Origin: Eledone cirrhosa
Taxonomy: Eukaryota
Assembly (NCBI GenBank): GCA_964016885.1
Contig: OZ024756.1
Coordinates: 40,176,001 to 40,240,000 of the forward strand
Length of the DNA: 64,000 nucleotides
Reading direction: 5' to 3'
Below are positions 1 through 13,544 of this stretch, piece by piece. The notes under the pieces are model-generated. The model was not told the DNA's origin and searched no databases. It was given only the letters and a program-made list of their open reading frames with translations. The position numbers and the translations under genes were made by a program. How positions within the stretch are numbered: the stretch's first letter is position 1; the number at the start of each line of letters is the position of its first letter.

Positions 1-130
1 ACCCAGAGGACAGTCCTTTGAGACTGCTCTGAAAACAGCAGGGGATATGGTTAGCTGAAGATCTCTTAAAATAATCCCATGTGTTGATAGGCATGAAATA
101 GGCAAAATAAAATACTGAACGTGAACATAC

Positions 131-1676
131 CATATTTGTACAGATGGTAATTCTGAATGAAAAAATCCAGGCATGCGTATATCTCATTGAAATAGGATAT
201 AAGCCAGCCGTACTTGTCTGGGGATTGCTCTGCAAGAACCTGCAAGATAAAAAAAATAATGGTAAAAAACAATCATTAAAATAGTCTAAAATTGAAGATT
301 TCTTTTTTTCAGATTACACTAAAAAGCATTTACAAAATTAGCTTTGTATGAGCAAGACACAATCACCTGACCTGGCATTGCTCACAACAGGACAACTCAT
401 CTAACCCATGCTAGCGTGGAACATTAATGGACATTAAACAGTGATGATGATGATTAATTTGTAATTAAGGTACAAGGCTAGCAATCAGGGAGTTGGGGGA
501 AATTAGATTATATAAATCCCATTATTTCACTGATACTATACTTTATCGACTTCGAAGGATGAAAAGCAAAGTTGACCTTGGTGAGATTTGAACTCAGAAT
601 GTAAAGGGTTGTAATTAGATGCCCCAAAGCACTTGATTGCTTATACATGTAATCGTGTATGTCATTTGAACATATATCCTGAACATCTATATAAGAAACT
701 CTGTAGTTTGTGTTGATTTCTGACAAGTTAAGTGATTAAAAATTAGATTTTTTTAAATAATTTATTTCTAGGATATAATTACATATATATATACACACTC
801 CTGTTTGTGAACGTATGATCACATTACATAAATGACATAGGGAATTAAATGTATGAGTAACTTTGGTAGAAATAACTATTTACAGGGACAAATGTAGGGT
901 TAGAACCCAGGACCTTGTGAGTGGAAACTTCTTATTGTAACAATTTGACTGAAATAGCAAATGCATGTATGTGTATATGGTTGTATGTAAATTTTAAAAA
1001 AAATTACAGACGGAGATATAAATATACAAATATATACGGATATAACTTTCATTAAATAGTAATAGTGTGCAGAACCAACCGTAATAATACACCATTACAC
1101 ATTTTTAGTATATAGATATGTAAACATACTAAATATACGTATTTCTCTCTAAATTGAAATACTTATAAACATCTTTAATCGATTTTCAAACCTAGGTGCT
1201 CACTCGTGTGAGAGAGAGGGGGGGTTATAGTGTGTATGTGGAGGAAGGGGTGAATTCGTGCTGTCATTGTTTATCATTTATCTTAATTTGAATAAAGGTC
1301 AGCTGGGGGTAAACTTCTGTTGCTGGATTTTTAAATTTAGAAATAGAACTTCCTGTCCTAAGACTTGTATTCAAGCCCAGACAATGTGGGAGAATGCTCT
1401 CCGACGTGTAGAATTCCAGGGTAAATCCACTTCATGGTACCAAAGGATAGGATAGAGAAAGCTTTACTCTGGAGGATAGCGAGGAAGACGTTTTGAAATA
1501 TTCAATAAATAATCTAAAAAGATACAGATTATTTCATTGATAATGCTTACCCGCACGGTACGTTTCACGGCTGGTTGTATAACTCTATTGAGACTGTCCT
1601 GTGCCAGGATTTCGAATATTGACGGTCTGTTGTTGTTTGAGGTTGTGTTAGTCAGGTACGCGGCGTGTTCTGCCAT
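131..1676 (-). CDS. PEX12: Peroxisome assembly protein 12, first two coding exons (1676-1551; 239-131); gene continues beyond the window start
   Basis: Exon 1 reads MAEHAAYLTNTTSNNNRPSIFEILAQDSLNRVIQPAVKRTVR and ends at a GTAAG donor. Exon 2 follows a TTGCAG acceptor, reads VLAEQSPDKYGWLISYFNEIYACLDFFIQNYHLYKY and ends at a GTATG donor. This matches the PEX12 N-terminus (MAEHGAH..PSIFEVVAQDSL..VLAE..Y..L..FDEI) and the phases agree. Confidence 0.93.
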
Positions 1677-2562
1677 TGTGAGTTTCACTTAAAATCCAGA
1701 GTTACTTCCCTTGACCTCCCCCCCTACATACACACCTTCACCCCTACAAACCTTAGCCAATGTTTACACTTATCTGTAAACAGTATTTCTTTCATTGGTT
1801 CCAGACATTAGACTGCCGTCATGCTGTGGAACCCCCTTGAAAAGATTTCAGTCGGTTATATCGACTTTCAGTATTTATTTTTCAGGGATAAAGAAAACTC
1901 TCCAATTGCACCAAGGACACGACCTCTCTAATGCAGATGCCACAATAAAATGTACCCAGTACATTCTGTAAAGTGGTTGGTATTAGGAAGAGCATCCAGT
2001 TGTAGAAGCCATGTCAGACCCTAACACTACCAAACTCTCCCGCTCTCGAAATCTACTACACGACACTCTCTCCCAACCCCTCTCTATATCAATAAACATC
2101 AATCCCCCCCCCTCTCTATATCAATAAACATCAATCTCTCCCCTCCCACCTCTCTATATCTACCATACAATACTCTCTCATTCCCCCTCTATATATCAAT
2201 TAGTACCAAACTCTCCCCCTCTCTATATGTAATATACAGAACTCTCTTCCAATCCTCCTCTCTATATCAATTAACGCCAAACTCTCCCCCTCTCTATATC
2301 TACATGTTATAAATTGTAGTGCATATACAAAAACATGTGTGTTTTGGTAGTTTGGAGAGAAATATATAATTTTCTGAGGGGGGGGGGTCCACTACAACCC
2401 AACAAAGATGCATGTATAGTACATAGAATAATGTATAAATATATATATACATATATATATATTTATACATATAGGTCAGTCTTTTGAATGTCACGGGGGA
2501 CATTTTACGCCTAACACCGTTTCGTTTTAATTTCTGTTGGTGTTACATCGCATCATTTCAAC
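1677..2562. promoter_or_regulatory. Putative bidirectional promoter region for PEX12 and DPM3
   Basis: Divergent start codons lie about 890 bp apart. The interval holds a degenerate ~35-bp CTCTCTATATC tandem repeat (2040-2300) and a GAGTTACTTCCCTTG motif at 1699-1713. Confidence 0.55.
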
Positions 2563-5500
2563 ATGGTATGTAAAAACGAAAGTTATTCATTTATTAACGT
2601 CATTATTTGTGTCTTATTTAAAATATGATATATTTGAAGTTGTAAGAGAAAGTGTAGTATATTTGGTGGAGTCAGTTAGTTGCAACCAACCGTAATAACG
2701 AAGGTTCTTTGTCCATCTTCATATATTTACGTTTTGACAACGACACGTAGCAAACATCCCAATCTCCCGCTAATGTCTTTTTTATCTTTAGTTCGTCTAT
2801 TTTATTAAATAATCTCAAAACTGCTTACTTTTTTCTTTTTTTACATTTCTTCGATAAATTCGACACTTCTTGTTTAATTAAAATACAAAAACTCATTAAA
2901 AAAATATATATATTTGTTTTTAATGAGTCATGACAATCAACTCGGCTTATAGAGAGCATCGATGTGGTCTCTCGGTCTACTAAAAATAGTAGCTAAATAT
3001 CTGTTGTTTTGTAAATAATTTAGTAGCCTTAACAGAGTAATGAATTGATTGGATTGTCATTATTGATATGTATTTGATACTAGATCTTTGGCTAGAGATG
3101 ACTTAGGGTTAAACAACAGTTCCAACCACTTGCTCATCTGTACATCGATACAGAAACATTACAGCTGTTTTAGGGGACAGGGTGGCGATTAACTTGCACT
3201 AAAATACACTTTGTTAAAATATAATAGTTTTTTATCAATTCTCAATTAAACATTTATTGACAAAAGACAATTAAAAAATATTCATTCGTAGCTGTAAAAA
3301 TGAACCCTTGTGGTTTAAATGTCTTTTTCTGTTTTATACAAAACACACACACATAATACCTTAACCATTACTCGACAATTATTAATTCAGAGAAAATATT
3401 ATTCAAGTATTCTGTTGTATAAAATAATAAATCTGTGGCTGTTTAGATTTTTGTTGACATTTACGGTCGATTTACTTGAGTTTCGTGTGAAATTTCAAAT
3501 ATATCTTTTAATGAAATTTTGCAGATTACTATTATGTTAATGGAAAAACAAAATCATCGTGCCTCCTATTTCATGTTGGTGAATGGTTCACTGTTGTATA
3601 AATAACATTACAAATATGTTTTAAATATTTACAGAGATAACATTATAAATTACATTATAGCGTTATAAATTGCTCGTAATTCGTTCAGAAGAATATTACA
3701 AATATAATATCGTTGATAAACACAAATAGATTTTCTACTGGAATATATTGTGGTTTCTACATTTATGAACGGCGAAAAATAAATCATTTAAATTTCTTCA
3801 TCATAATTAAACATGTATCTCTGCAAAATTTCATTAAAAATATTCACGGCCCTTTATGGTCTGAGTTCAAATCCCGCCAAGGTTAACTTTGCCTTTCATC
3901 CTTACAGGGTTGATAAAATAAAGTACCAGTAATACACTGACATAATTGCTGGCCTTGTGCGAAAAGTAGAAACTATTATTAAGAAAGTTGTTAGAAATCA
4001 ATGTTGGTAGGATGAGGGTTAGGGTGGAAACACTAATTATGTCGGTAAATATGTCTTTTATTTCTGGGTTCATCACAAGACCGTATGTCTTGCGAGGGGA
4101 AAGAAGACTTTAGGACATTCACATCAGAAACGAAACTAAATCTCAGACTCGACTCACAAGATTGCTTGTTTCTAGTTATAGTTGTTGTTGGACATTCGTC
4201 ATTTCCGACAGCCTTTCGATAAATGGGACAGCTTGTTCGTGAATTTAATGTGTAAGTGGCTGAGCATTCCACAGACACATGCATCATTAAACGTAGTCCT
4301 CAGAGAGATTCAACGTGACAATGTATGACAAGGCTGGCCTCGTGTTGTATACCAGACTACTGCTGTTGTTGTTTTTTATGGGGGGTGGGGGGAATTCTGA
4401 TGAAGGGATAATGAAGAGGGGATACAGAAAAAAGATGAAACACTGATTTAGAATATTTGATGTCTTGTGACACTTAGTATGTCATAAAGTTGTCATAAAT
4501 CTGTCATAACACAGCTTGTTATGATCTCACCTTGTCATATTATTGTTTACTTCTTATCATCATTTAACATATATTTTTCATGCTTCGGGAAGAATTGATG
4601 GGGGTGGAGATGTATGAATGAGACGGGGTTGCAGGCCATATACTACTTATGAGGGGGAGGGGACCCACCATGGTAGAAGAAATAACAGGTTAGGGGTGGG
4701 GTGATCTCTCAGTTAAACTACTTTAAACTTTCCTTCTTTAATCTCTATTTAATTTAAATCCTTTTTTTTTATTTGAATTCATTCGCTGATTTTTAAATCT
4801 CTTAATCTTTAATCCTTATCATATTTCACCAAGGAATTATTTTATAATCATAGTTTTAAGTAAGAGATATGAGGTGTATGTCTGTGTGTAACACTAGTAC
4901 ACTACTTAGGAGAGATTATAAGGGAGCTTCTGTGTGAGTGTTTGACTTGCAAGAAGTATGAACCAAATGACACTCTAGAAATGTGTGTATGTATGGAGAC
5001 ATAATCTCCAGATCTGAATACAGATGATTTCTTCCAGAGAAAGAGATATAGAGGGAGAACCAAACCCCAGACTAAATATGATCCAATCCAATTGAACACT
5101 TTCCTTTCTTTCTGTCTTGTCCTGTTCTGATTGCTATTGGAATATGTGTTTTGTTATTCTTGTCTGAAGATAGATATTTTGGTAAATATACATTAATAAA
5201 TAACTATAAATTGATAGACAGTTAGATAGATAGATATACCAATATGTAAAGTGGTCGTGTAGGCTTCACAACAAAAAGCACCAGTATCATCATCATCATT
5301 TTACGTCCGCTTTTCCCTGCTTGCAAAGGTGGGATGGGTCCTATTCAGCACAGCATCTCTCCACTTGTTACGGTCCAGTACAAACTGTAAATGTGGTTGG
5401 CATTAGGAAGGGTATCCAGCTGTAGAAAGCAAGCCAAAATTGGCTCTGTAGGATCATGACATGGTCATCTGACCTAGCTTGGCTCACTATGGGACAACTT

Positions 5501-7102
5501 GACTAACTACAGTGTGGGCTGGGGGCTTCACTAGATGTATGGCTCAACCTGTACTCATGAGAGGTGTATGGAAGAGTGGGGTGGAATGGAGGTGAGGGTG
5601 GTGCATACTATATGTATGCTTCAGCCTGTGCCCATGGGAAGGCATATATATATGTATGTGTACCAGTTTGTCTGTTGTCATTATCTCGTATCTGATATAA
5701 CTTTCAACATTTCAGGCCAACAAAGCAAGTGAATGGTTTTTTGTGATAGGAGTCATTATGTCTCTATGGAGTGTTTTTCTCTTTGACCACGACCATGTCC
5801 TCTTCTCCAAACAAGTTCGAAATGTCGGCCTTATGGTAAATATACACATCTTTTTATGTCTGTTTGTCTTCAGAAACCAGAGAAAGCCACTTGGATTAAC
5901 CATTTCATGACCATATTTCTAATTAAATACACAATACTTCAACTAAATACTGAAAAATTTGAAATGACTTACTTTAATTATTAATTATTATTAGTGGATT
6001 GGCTGAATCGGTAGAGCGTCAGACACCAACTAATTTTCCAACCTCTCTCTTTTTCCATTACAGATGCCTCTTTATCTTATTATTTCCTTTGCTGTAAGTA
6101 TCATTTCTTTGTTTTTCCTTTTCTCTCTCTCTCTCTCTCTATTATTATTATTGTGGCTAAATGAGGGCGGTGGATTGGCAAAAAAAATTGCTGGCCTTGT
6201 GCCTAAATCAGAAACCATTGTTAAGGCTAAATAGTAGGTCTTGTTACACTCTGGAGTTTCTCCTGTTTATCACAGGGTCACCATTCAAGAACTAATATTT
6301 TAATAGAAGACAGTGTGAATAAAAGAAGGCTTTTACACCTACCTCCCTTCTTCTGATTACCGAATGCTGAAGTTGGCGCATTACTGCACCAGCTCCTGCA
6401 ATTCTTGCACTTAATTCAGCCTCCTGTTTTCCATCACTTGTGAACATGGCCCCAAGATACTTGAACTTCTCCACCTGCTTCAGTGAAACTCCATTCACGT
6501 GTAGAGTGCACTGAACAGGCTTCCTCAAGAGGACGAGTGTCTCAGTTTTTGCTGCAACACTCGGCATTAAACGTATCTATCTTTCTCTGTCTCTCCCTCT
6601 CTTTCTCTCTATCTATCTTTCTCTATCACTCTATCTCTCTTCTTTCTCTCTATCTATCTACTTCTGTATATTCTAGTGTGTCTCTCTTGGAATCATTGGT
6701 TACCGTGTTGCCACATTCAATGACTGTATCAATGCTGCATCAGAATTGAAACAGGTAAGTCATTTGTCTCTCTAAATAGTACTCAACACATCTTCTTAGG
6801 CTGAGTGTTACTCAATACATCTGGGTATTGTTTGATAGTCTGTTTTAATATCACTCAGTACGTGTGTGTTGTTTGATAGTCTCTGTGTGACACTTAATAC
6901 ATCTGTATGTTGTTTGTCTGACTGAGTATCACTCAATACATCTGAGCTTTGTTTGATGGCCTGTTGAGTGTCACTCAATACATCTGTGCACTGTTTGATG
7001 CAGTTTCAGTTTTACTAAATTTGAAAAAAAATATATTTTCAGCAACTGAAAGAAGCCCGAAAAGATTTGGAGAAAAGAGGATTTAAGTTTGAACTCCAGT
7101 GA
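2563..7102 (+). CDS. DPM3: Dolichol-phosphate mannosyltransferase subunit 3, 96 aa; exons 2563-2565 (ATG only), 5716-5835, 6064-6093, 6677-6754, 7043-7102
   Basis: Spliced product: M-ANKASEWFFVIGVIMSLWSVFLFDHDHVLFSKQVRNVGLM-MPLYLIISFA-CVSLGIIGYRVATFNDCINAASELKQ-QLKEARKDLEKRGFKFELQ*. The GYRVATFxDC..AA.EL..Q..EAR.DL..RG motif is diagnostic of DPM3. All introns are GT-AG, phase 0. The ATG-only first exon is the least certain part. Confidence 0.9.
6310..6565 (-). mobile_element. RTE-clade LINE reverse transcriptase C-terminal fragment in DPM3 intron 3
   Basis: Translation KTETLVL..LKQVEKFKYLGAMFTSDGKQEAELSARIAGAGAVMRQL is typical of the RTE RT thumb region. Confidence 0.8.
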
Positions 7103-7896
7103 AAGGAGGAAGACAGCAACTTTATGGCTCCTTTCATATCTCCCTTCATTCGTGGACTCTGAAAGATGTCCAATCAACCAATCAGCCAACAAACCAATTA
7201 ACCCACACCTGTATGTGTTAACACCTGGTTGTAACGATGTCTTTCATGGATCCTTTTGTAACATTGCTTGCTGTAGGTGGTGGCCACCTCTTACGAATGA
7301 AGAAGCTTTCTAAAAGGGTTTCTGATGGAGAGGATGGTCACTGCTACCACTAACACATCACCACCAACACCATACCCCCCCCCCCCCCCTCACCACCACC
7401 ACCACCAACACCATACCCCCTCACCACCACCAATACACCAGAAAAAATATTTTTTTTTTTTTTTTATTAATTTTAAAATATTTTTCTTTTCTTTTTCCTT
7501 TTTAAAAATGTAAAAAAAAATTCTTTTTATCCATTTTTATGATTATTTTTATTTTAACTTTATTTTCTTTCTTTCCGTTATTTTGATTGGGGGAGTGGTG
7601 GTGGTGGTCGGTAATCTGGTAAGGGGGGTGTGGTGGCCCAACCAAGCATACAGCATTGCTGTTTCCATGGAAACAGGATTGTTCTGTTTAATTTAAAAAA
7701 AACTCCCTTTCATTTGAGAAAGGTATGAGTGCCTCCACATCAGAACTTCTCTTCATATCTACTTTTCTCTGCCCCCCCTTCCCATCACCACATTCTCTAC
7801 AACTCCCCCGCCCCACCCTATATAGCTCTCTCTACCAATGGATATTTCCAGAATGCTTCCTTCCAAAATTCAAAATTAGTAGTAATATAGTTAGCT

Positions 7897-7952
7897 AATA
7901 TATATATATATATATATATATGTGTATATATATACATACATATATATATATA

Positions 7953-7987
<35 letters not shown>

Positions 7988-7995
7988 TATATATA

Positions 7996-8040
<45 letters not shown>

Positions 8041-8158
8041 TGTATATGTATGTATATATATGTATGTATGTATATATATTTGTATGTATGTATGTATATG
8101 TATACATGTATATATATATGTATATGTATACATGTATATATATATATATGTATACATG

Positions 8159-8194
<36 letters not shown>

Positions 8195-8204
8195 TGTATG
8201 TATG

Positions 8205-8247
<43 letters not shown>

Positions 8248-8264
8248 ATATATATGTATGTATG

Positions 8265-8295
<31 letters not shown>

Positions 8296-8519
8296 ATATA
8301 TACATACATATATACACATATATATATACACACACATATATATATACACACACACATATATACACACATATATATATATGTATACATATATATATGTATA
8401 CATATATACACATATATATATGTATACATATATACACATATATATATATGTATACATATATACACATATATATATATGTATACATATATACACATATATA
8501 TATGTATACATATATACAC

Positions 8520-8550
<31 letters not shown>

Positions 8551-8559
8551 TATATATAT

Positions 8560-8596
<37 letters not shown>

Positions 8597-8598
8597 CA
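7897..8598. repeat. Compound (TA)n/(TG)n/(TATG)n microsatellite
   Basis: Directly visible; source of the YIYI pseudo-ORFs. Confidence 0.95.
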
Positions 8599-8984
8599 CG
8601 TTTGTTGAGCAGCTGAGTCACAGGACATAATGGTGGCGAGGTATTGGTGAATTCGAGGATTCTCTAGTAGAAGTCTCTTGCTAAAGGTGCCATGCTGTAG
8701 GATTGAACTCAGAACTATGTCGTTGCCAAGTGAGCTTCTTAAATACACAGCCATGGCCTGAACTTACTAATATATAAATTAGATAGTAATTGTTGTCAGT
8801 GTGTAAAGCCAGTTGCTTCAATATTCCGAAAGGTGTCAGTATTTTAGAATAATGTAAATAGTTTGGATTATCTCCCTTTATTTTTCCTCTAACAAATCAT
8901 CATCATCAGCAGCAACATTGTTAAATTAAACATTCCTTAGCCACACCATTCCTTTCTTTAATTTAATATATTATGTCAGTCTTG

Positions 8985-9955
8985 GATTGACTGCGTCGGG
9001 CAACATGCTTTATGGTATAGAGTTACGGCCCTTTACGATCTGAGTTCAAATTCCGCCGAGGTTAACTTTGCCTTTCATCCTTACAGGGTCGATAAAATAA
9101 AGTACCAGTAATGGACTGCGGTCGATTTGATCGACTTTCCTCTTCTCCAAAATTGTTAGCCTTGTGCCTAAATCAGAAACAATTATTATTATGTTAGTAA
9201 AAGGGCGGTGGATTGGCAGTATCAGTAGAGGGTCGGACGCCATGCTTTGACACAAAGAGTTACGGCCCTTGCCATTCTGAGTTCAAATCCCGCCAAGATT
9301 AACTTTGCCTTTCATCCTTACAGGGTCGATAAAATAAAGTACCAGTAATGCACTGGGTAATTGCTGGCCTTGTGCCAAAAATAGAAGCCATTATTATTAT
9401 GTTAGTCTTCCCACAAAACAAGTTTGCATTTCTAATGGCAATACCTTCCATTTTTATTTTGTTATAATATTCTGTTTAAAACAACGGAATATTATCAAAT
9501 GGACATTCCTTCCATTCACTATTCACTTTTTATTTAATATATTCTGTCTCTTCCCCCAAACAAAAGTATTATTTAATTCTGGTTTATTACCTTAATGATA
9601 ATATTTGTTGAAACAACAGTACACAGATACCAAATTATTTATCCAGCAATTCTGGAATTGGAAGTGGTTCAGATTTTTAGATACAGACTAAATATATATT
9701 TAATAAAATTAACAACAAAACTATATTTAAAGATCAAAGCTGGCTCTGTTTGATCTTTATTAATTAATCTATTTAGAGGGCGGAGGATTGGTAGAGGGTT
9801 AGACGCCATGCTTTGACGCATAGGTTTACGGCCCTTGCCATTCTGAGTTCAAATCCCGCCGAGGTTAACTTTGCCTTTCATCCTTTCGGGGTCGATAAAA
9901 TAAAGTACCAGTAATGCACTGGGTAATTGCTGGCCTTGTGCCAAATGTAGAAACA
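8985..9955 (+). mobile_element. Cluster of three copies of an octopus tRNA-derived SINE (OK/OR-type): ~8985-9180, 9203-9390, 9778-9955
   Basis: Repeated core TTCTGAGTTCAAATCCCGCCGAGGTTAACTTTGCCTTTCATCC..GGGGTCGATAAAATAAAGTACCAGT with a box-B-like GTTCAAATCC. Other copies at ~475-625(-), 3845-3965, 10645-10845, 14480-14645(-), 32655-32810, 34045-34200, 43119-43286(-), 51140-51230(-). The family name is from memory. Confidence 0.8.
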
Positions 9956-12900
9956 ATTAATTAATCTATTTAGAATTCTTAAAACACCTGTGTAGAATAC
10001 CTGTACCACATTAAATATATTGGATGAAAATTAAACAAAAGAAAAGTAAAGAACATAATTTTATTTTTAACAGATACAGGTAGAAATTAATACACAATAT
10101 GTTTATCATTCATTCGCTGAGCCGCGGTGCTTCATCATCATTTGTGTTTAGCATCTGTTTTCACTGCTAGCAAGACTTGGTCTTGTTGTCAGTACTGTTG
10201 CGGAGCCTCTGACCTCCAGGTGGGCTGGAGGCCCAACATACGATCCCACACTCTACCAGGAGTATTTTATCATGGTACTAAGTCTAAGGGAGTTGTCATA
10301 TCTTTTACATAGCTAAAGAGTCTTCCTTACACTCAGTTTAACAGGTTTTCTTTGGCTGGCCTTCCTATCATCAACCACTTTACAGTGTTTACTGGGTGTG
10401 TTTAATGTGTAGATCAGCAACACTATGAATGTTGTCTGTTTTATGATTGCTTACATATTATAGAGCAGTCATTTCTGAAGAGAACCACACCAAGAACATT
10501 GGGTTATGATCAAATACAATAGAATAAATAAAAAAAAAATCGGAAACATTTCCGGCGTGTGAGACAAATTGGACACTCGCCATTTTATAAAAGCTAGAAG
10601 CCAGATAAATAATTCGGTATCTGCATTATTGGATGTTGAAAGAGCAGTGGATTGGCAGAATCGGTAGGGCATCAGACTAGATATTTGGTAACATTTAATT
10701 ATGGTGCTTTACCTTCTGGGTTCAAATCACACCAAGGTTAACTTTGCCTTTCATCATTCTGAGTTCAATAAAATGTATTGGGGTTTGATATAATTCAGTT
10801 TTTCCTTCTCCCTAAAATGCTGGTTTTGTGCCTAAATTAGAAGCCAATATTAAATGGATGTTCATTGGAGACTTACAAAAACAAAAAAAAATCTAAGTTA
10901 TTTAATTTTGCTTGTCTCTGATATTTATTTATCTTACAGATTTTTGTGTTGTTTTTCTTTTCTTTTTTTTTTCACCCTTATAACACTCCCAGACTTCATA
11001 CATCAGACTTGATAGCCTAGCTAAATATAGTTGTATAATTAATAGGAAGCATTGTGAGATACTATATCAGACTTGATAGCATAGCTAAATATATTACATG
11101 TTATAGTAATGAATTGTTAAAGACAAGTTTAAGGTATTAAGACAGTTTTAAGATGCTAAAAAAACAATTCTGTTTTGAAATGTTAGTAGTTTTTAGCTTG
11201 GGGAATTATTCAGTTGATGTCCTCCTTTGTAGTTTGTTTCAAGTTGAGAAAGACTTTTGACTGCAGGCTAGAGAGAAACAGAAACATTTGATGTCTTTCA
11301 TCATCATTTAATGTCTACTTCCCCTGCTAGCAAGGGTGTTTGTGGGCTTTCTTTTTTATTTCTCTGTATCTCATCAAAAGGATTTATTACACAGGTGAAA
11401 TGATGTCACAGGCATATCATATTTTGTTATATTTATTTACGTTTGTGTTTAATGCCCTGTATCTACTTTGGTTAGTAAACTTACTTAAGGTAGAACCCAC
11501 AGCGTGTTCTAGCTTCAGTTAGTTCTAACTTTGATTGAAGCACTTCCTAAAATCCAAAATTGTTTCATTTTGATTTGAAATTCTGCTCCATTTTTGGATA
11601 TAAAAGTGAAATTGAAGAGTTGTTAGATTGACCCTTGTGCTCACCTTATTGTGGCCAAAACAAAGGGCCAGAGTTTCGGCCTAAATATTGGTGTGGGTCA
11701 TTCTATCAACTTTAATGGAGGCATTTAGTGCCTGTGACATAGGAAATTGTTGAGAATGGAATGTTGCTGGTGTTTCTATTGAGGAAGAATGAAACTAAAA
11801 TCAAATTCCTTCAACTTGGGGAGAATATTTTGTAGTTTGATGAAATAAACACATTTTGTTTTCAATGTTTTGTAAAATGTTAAATACTTAGCTTCAGTTG
11901 AAGACCAGCTTTTTAGGCTGTTAATCTCACCAATGCTGCCATCAGCTCTCTATGTACATGGTTAAATTGCTATCACCTGCCGTATGTGTGTTTACGTTAA
12001 CTGTCATTGTGTACATGTATTTAGGTTATCAACTGTCATACATGTGTTTCGGCTGTTATCCAAGTGTAATTATTTACATGCGTTTAGCTATATCTCCAAT
12101 CACTGAGATATCACAAATTATAATACTTTTTAGCTATAAATCAGAATGGATTCAGTTAGAAACTGGTTAGATCATTACTCACCAGAGTACTCGATACTTG
12201 GGGTTGTAGAGTATGGTTATATATATAACTGTGTAGCTATTTCACTTAGAGAATTATTTAAATAGTCTGACTGTTGAAGTAGGAAGCCATTTTAGGAAAA
12301 TGGTAGTTTAAAATCCACCAATGTATGTATTTATTTGAAATTTTGGGGTCCATTTCCAAGTGTGGATAATGAAGGAAAGAAGAGAACTGTTTTCTTTTTT
12401 CAATTTGTGATTTGTACATATTTCCATGTGGTACTTGAACAGCTTTTGTGTATATTTTCTATGTAGAAACACTTCAACAATTTTAACCCTTCTGATACCA
12501 ACCCACTCTAAGCTGCTTCTGGTTCTATGAATTAAAAACTACCCATTTTAATGGGGTCCTATCTAAATTAAAATTTTCCAACATCATTTTATATAAGAAC
12601 CATGTTAGGGTATGTTATAAAAATATCTTAATAATTCAAGTAAATCCCCTCCAAATTATTAAATAATTAATCAAGGAATAGCTGCAATGTCGTATTTGTA
12701 GTCTCAACATCAGACTATAATATAATTAAAATATCATTTGTTTCCCAATTTATTGATTCTATCTGTAGATTAATTTTCTCGTGTATAAAATGTTTTGGTC
12801 CCAGAAAAACCTCTGGGTTGTGGTTCTGGATATTCCCTACCCCTGGGTTAACTTCGTCTTTTAATGTTACAGCAAAACATTCCACCAAACCACCCAATTA

Positions 12901-13544
12901 AAGGGTTCAAATTTAAATCTTTTACTGACAGAGATTTGTCTTTAAGTTAAAATTTATTTATTTCACTAAACCTCTCATAATTCTTGATTAGTTTGATGAA
13001 ACACAAAAAGGTTAATAAGGCCCCTCTCTCCTCACATAGCCATTAAAATTATATCTACCTTTAAAAATCTCTTATATGCAACTCTTTCTATAACATGTTA
13101 TTGCTTTTAAACTGAAATGTTTGTGGATAATGATAATTGTTAGTTTGCTTATAATAGTGACTAAAATAGTATTTTAGTAACTATTGCTGTCTTAGTACTG
13201 ACTCCCTCCCCTCATACAGCTGTAACAAACTCTTTATTGAACCCTAGTGCCTTACCCAATTTTCATATTGGTTAAAAATAAAGATGTTAATTTTACTTCA
13301 TCTCTTTGTCTTATTTCTTCATCACTGTTTAATGTCTATTTTCCTTGTTTGCATCGTTTAGGCAGGTTATCATATATTAAGGCTAGATAGGGCAGGTGAC
13401 CAATCTTTCCTCGAAGGCCCCAGTTTGGGCTTGGTTTCTATGACTGGATGCCCTCCTAACACCATTAAAAACTAAAAAGATATTGGTCAGTTATTGAATT
13501 CAGGTTTCACATTACTGACTTTGACATCTTTTTTTTCCACACTG

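Noticed and set aside
7818-8754. 200-270 aa YIYI/VCVC ORFs here and at 24.3-27 kb, 46.2-46.6 kb, 48.6-49.3 kb and 55.4-56.7 kb
   Set aside because: Translations of (TA)n/(TG)n microsatellites, which lack stop codons in most frames.
9203-9390. tRNA gene suggested by box A/B-like motifs
   Set aside because: No full cloverleaf; part of a multi-copy SINE.
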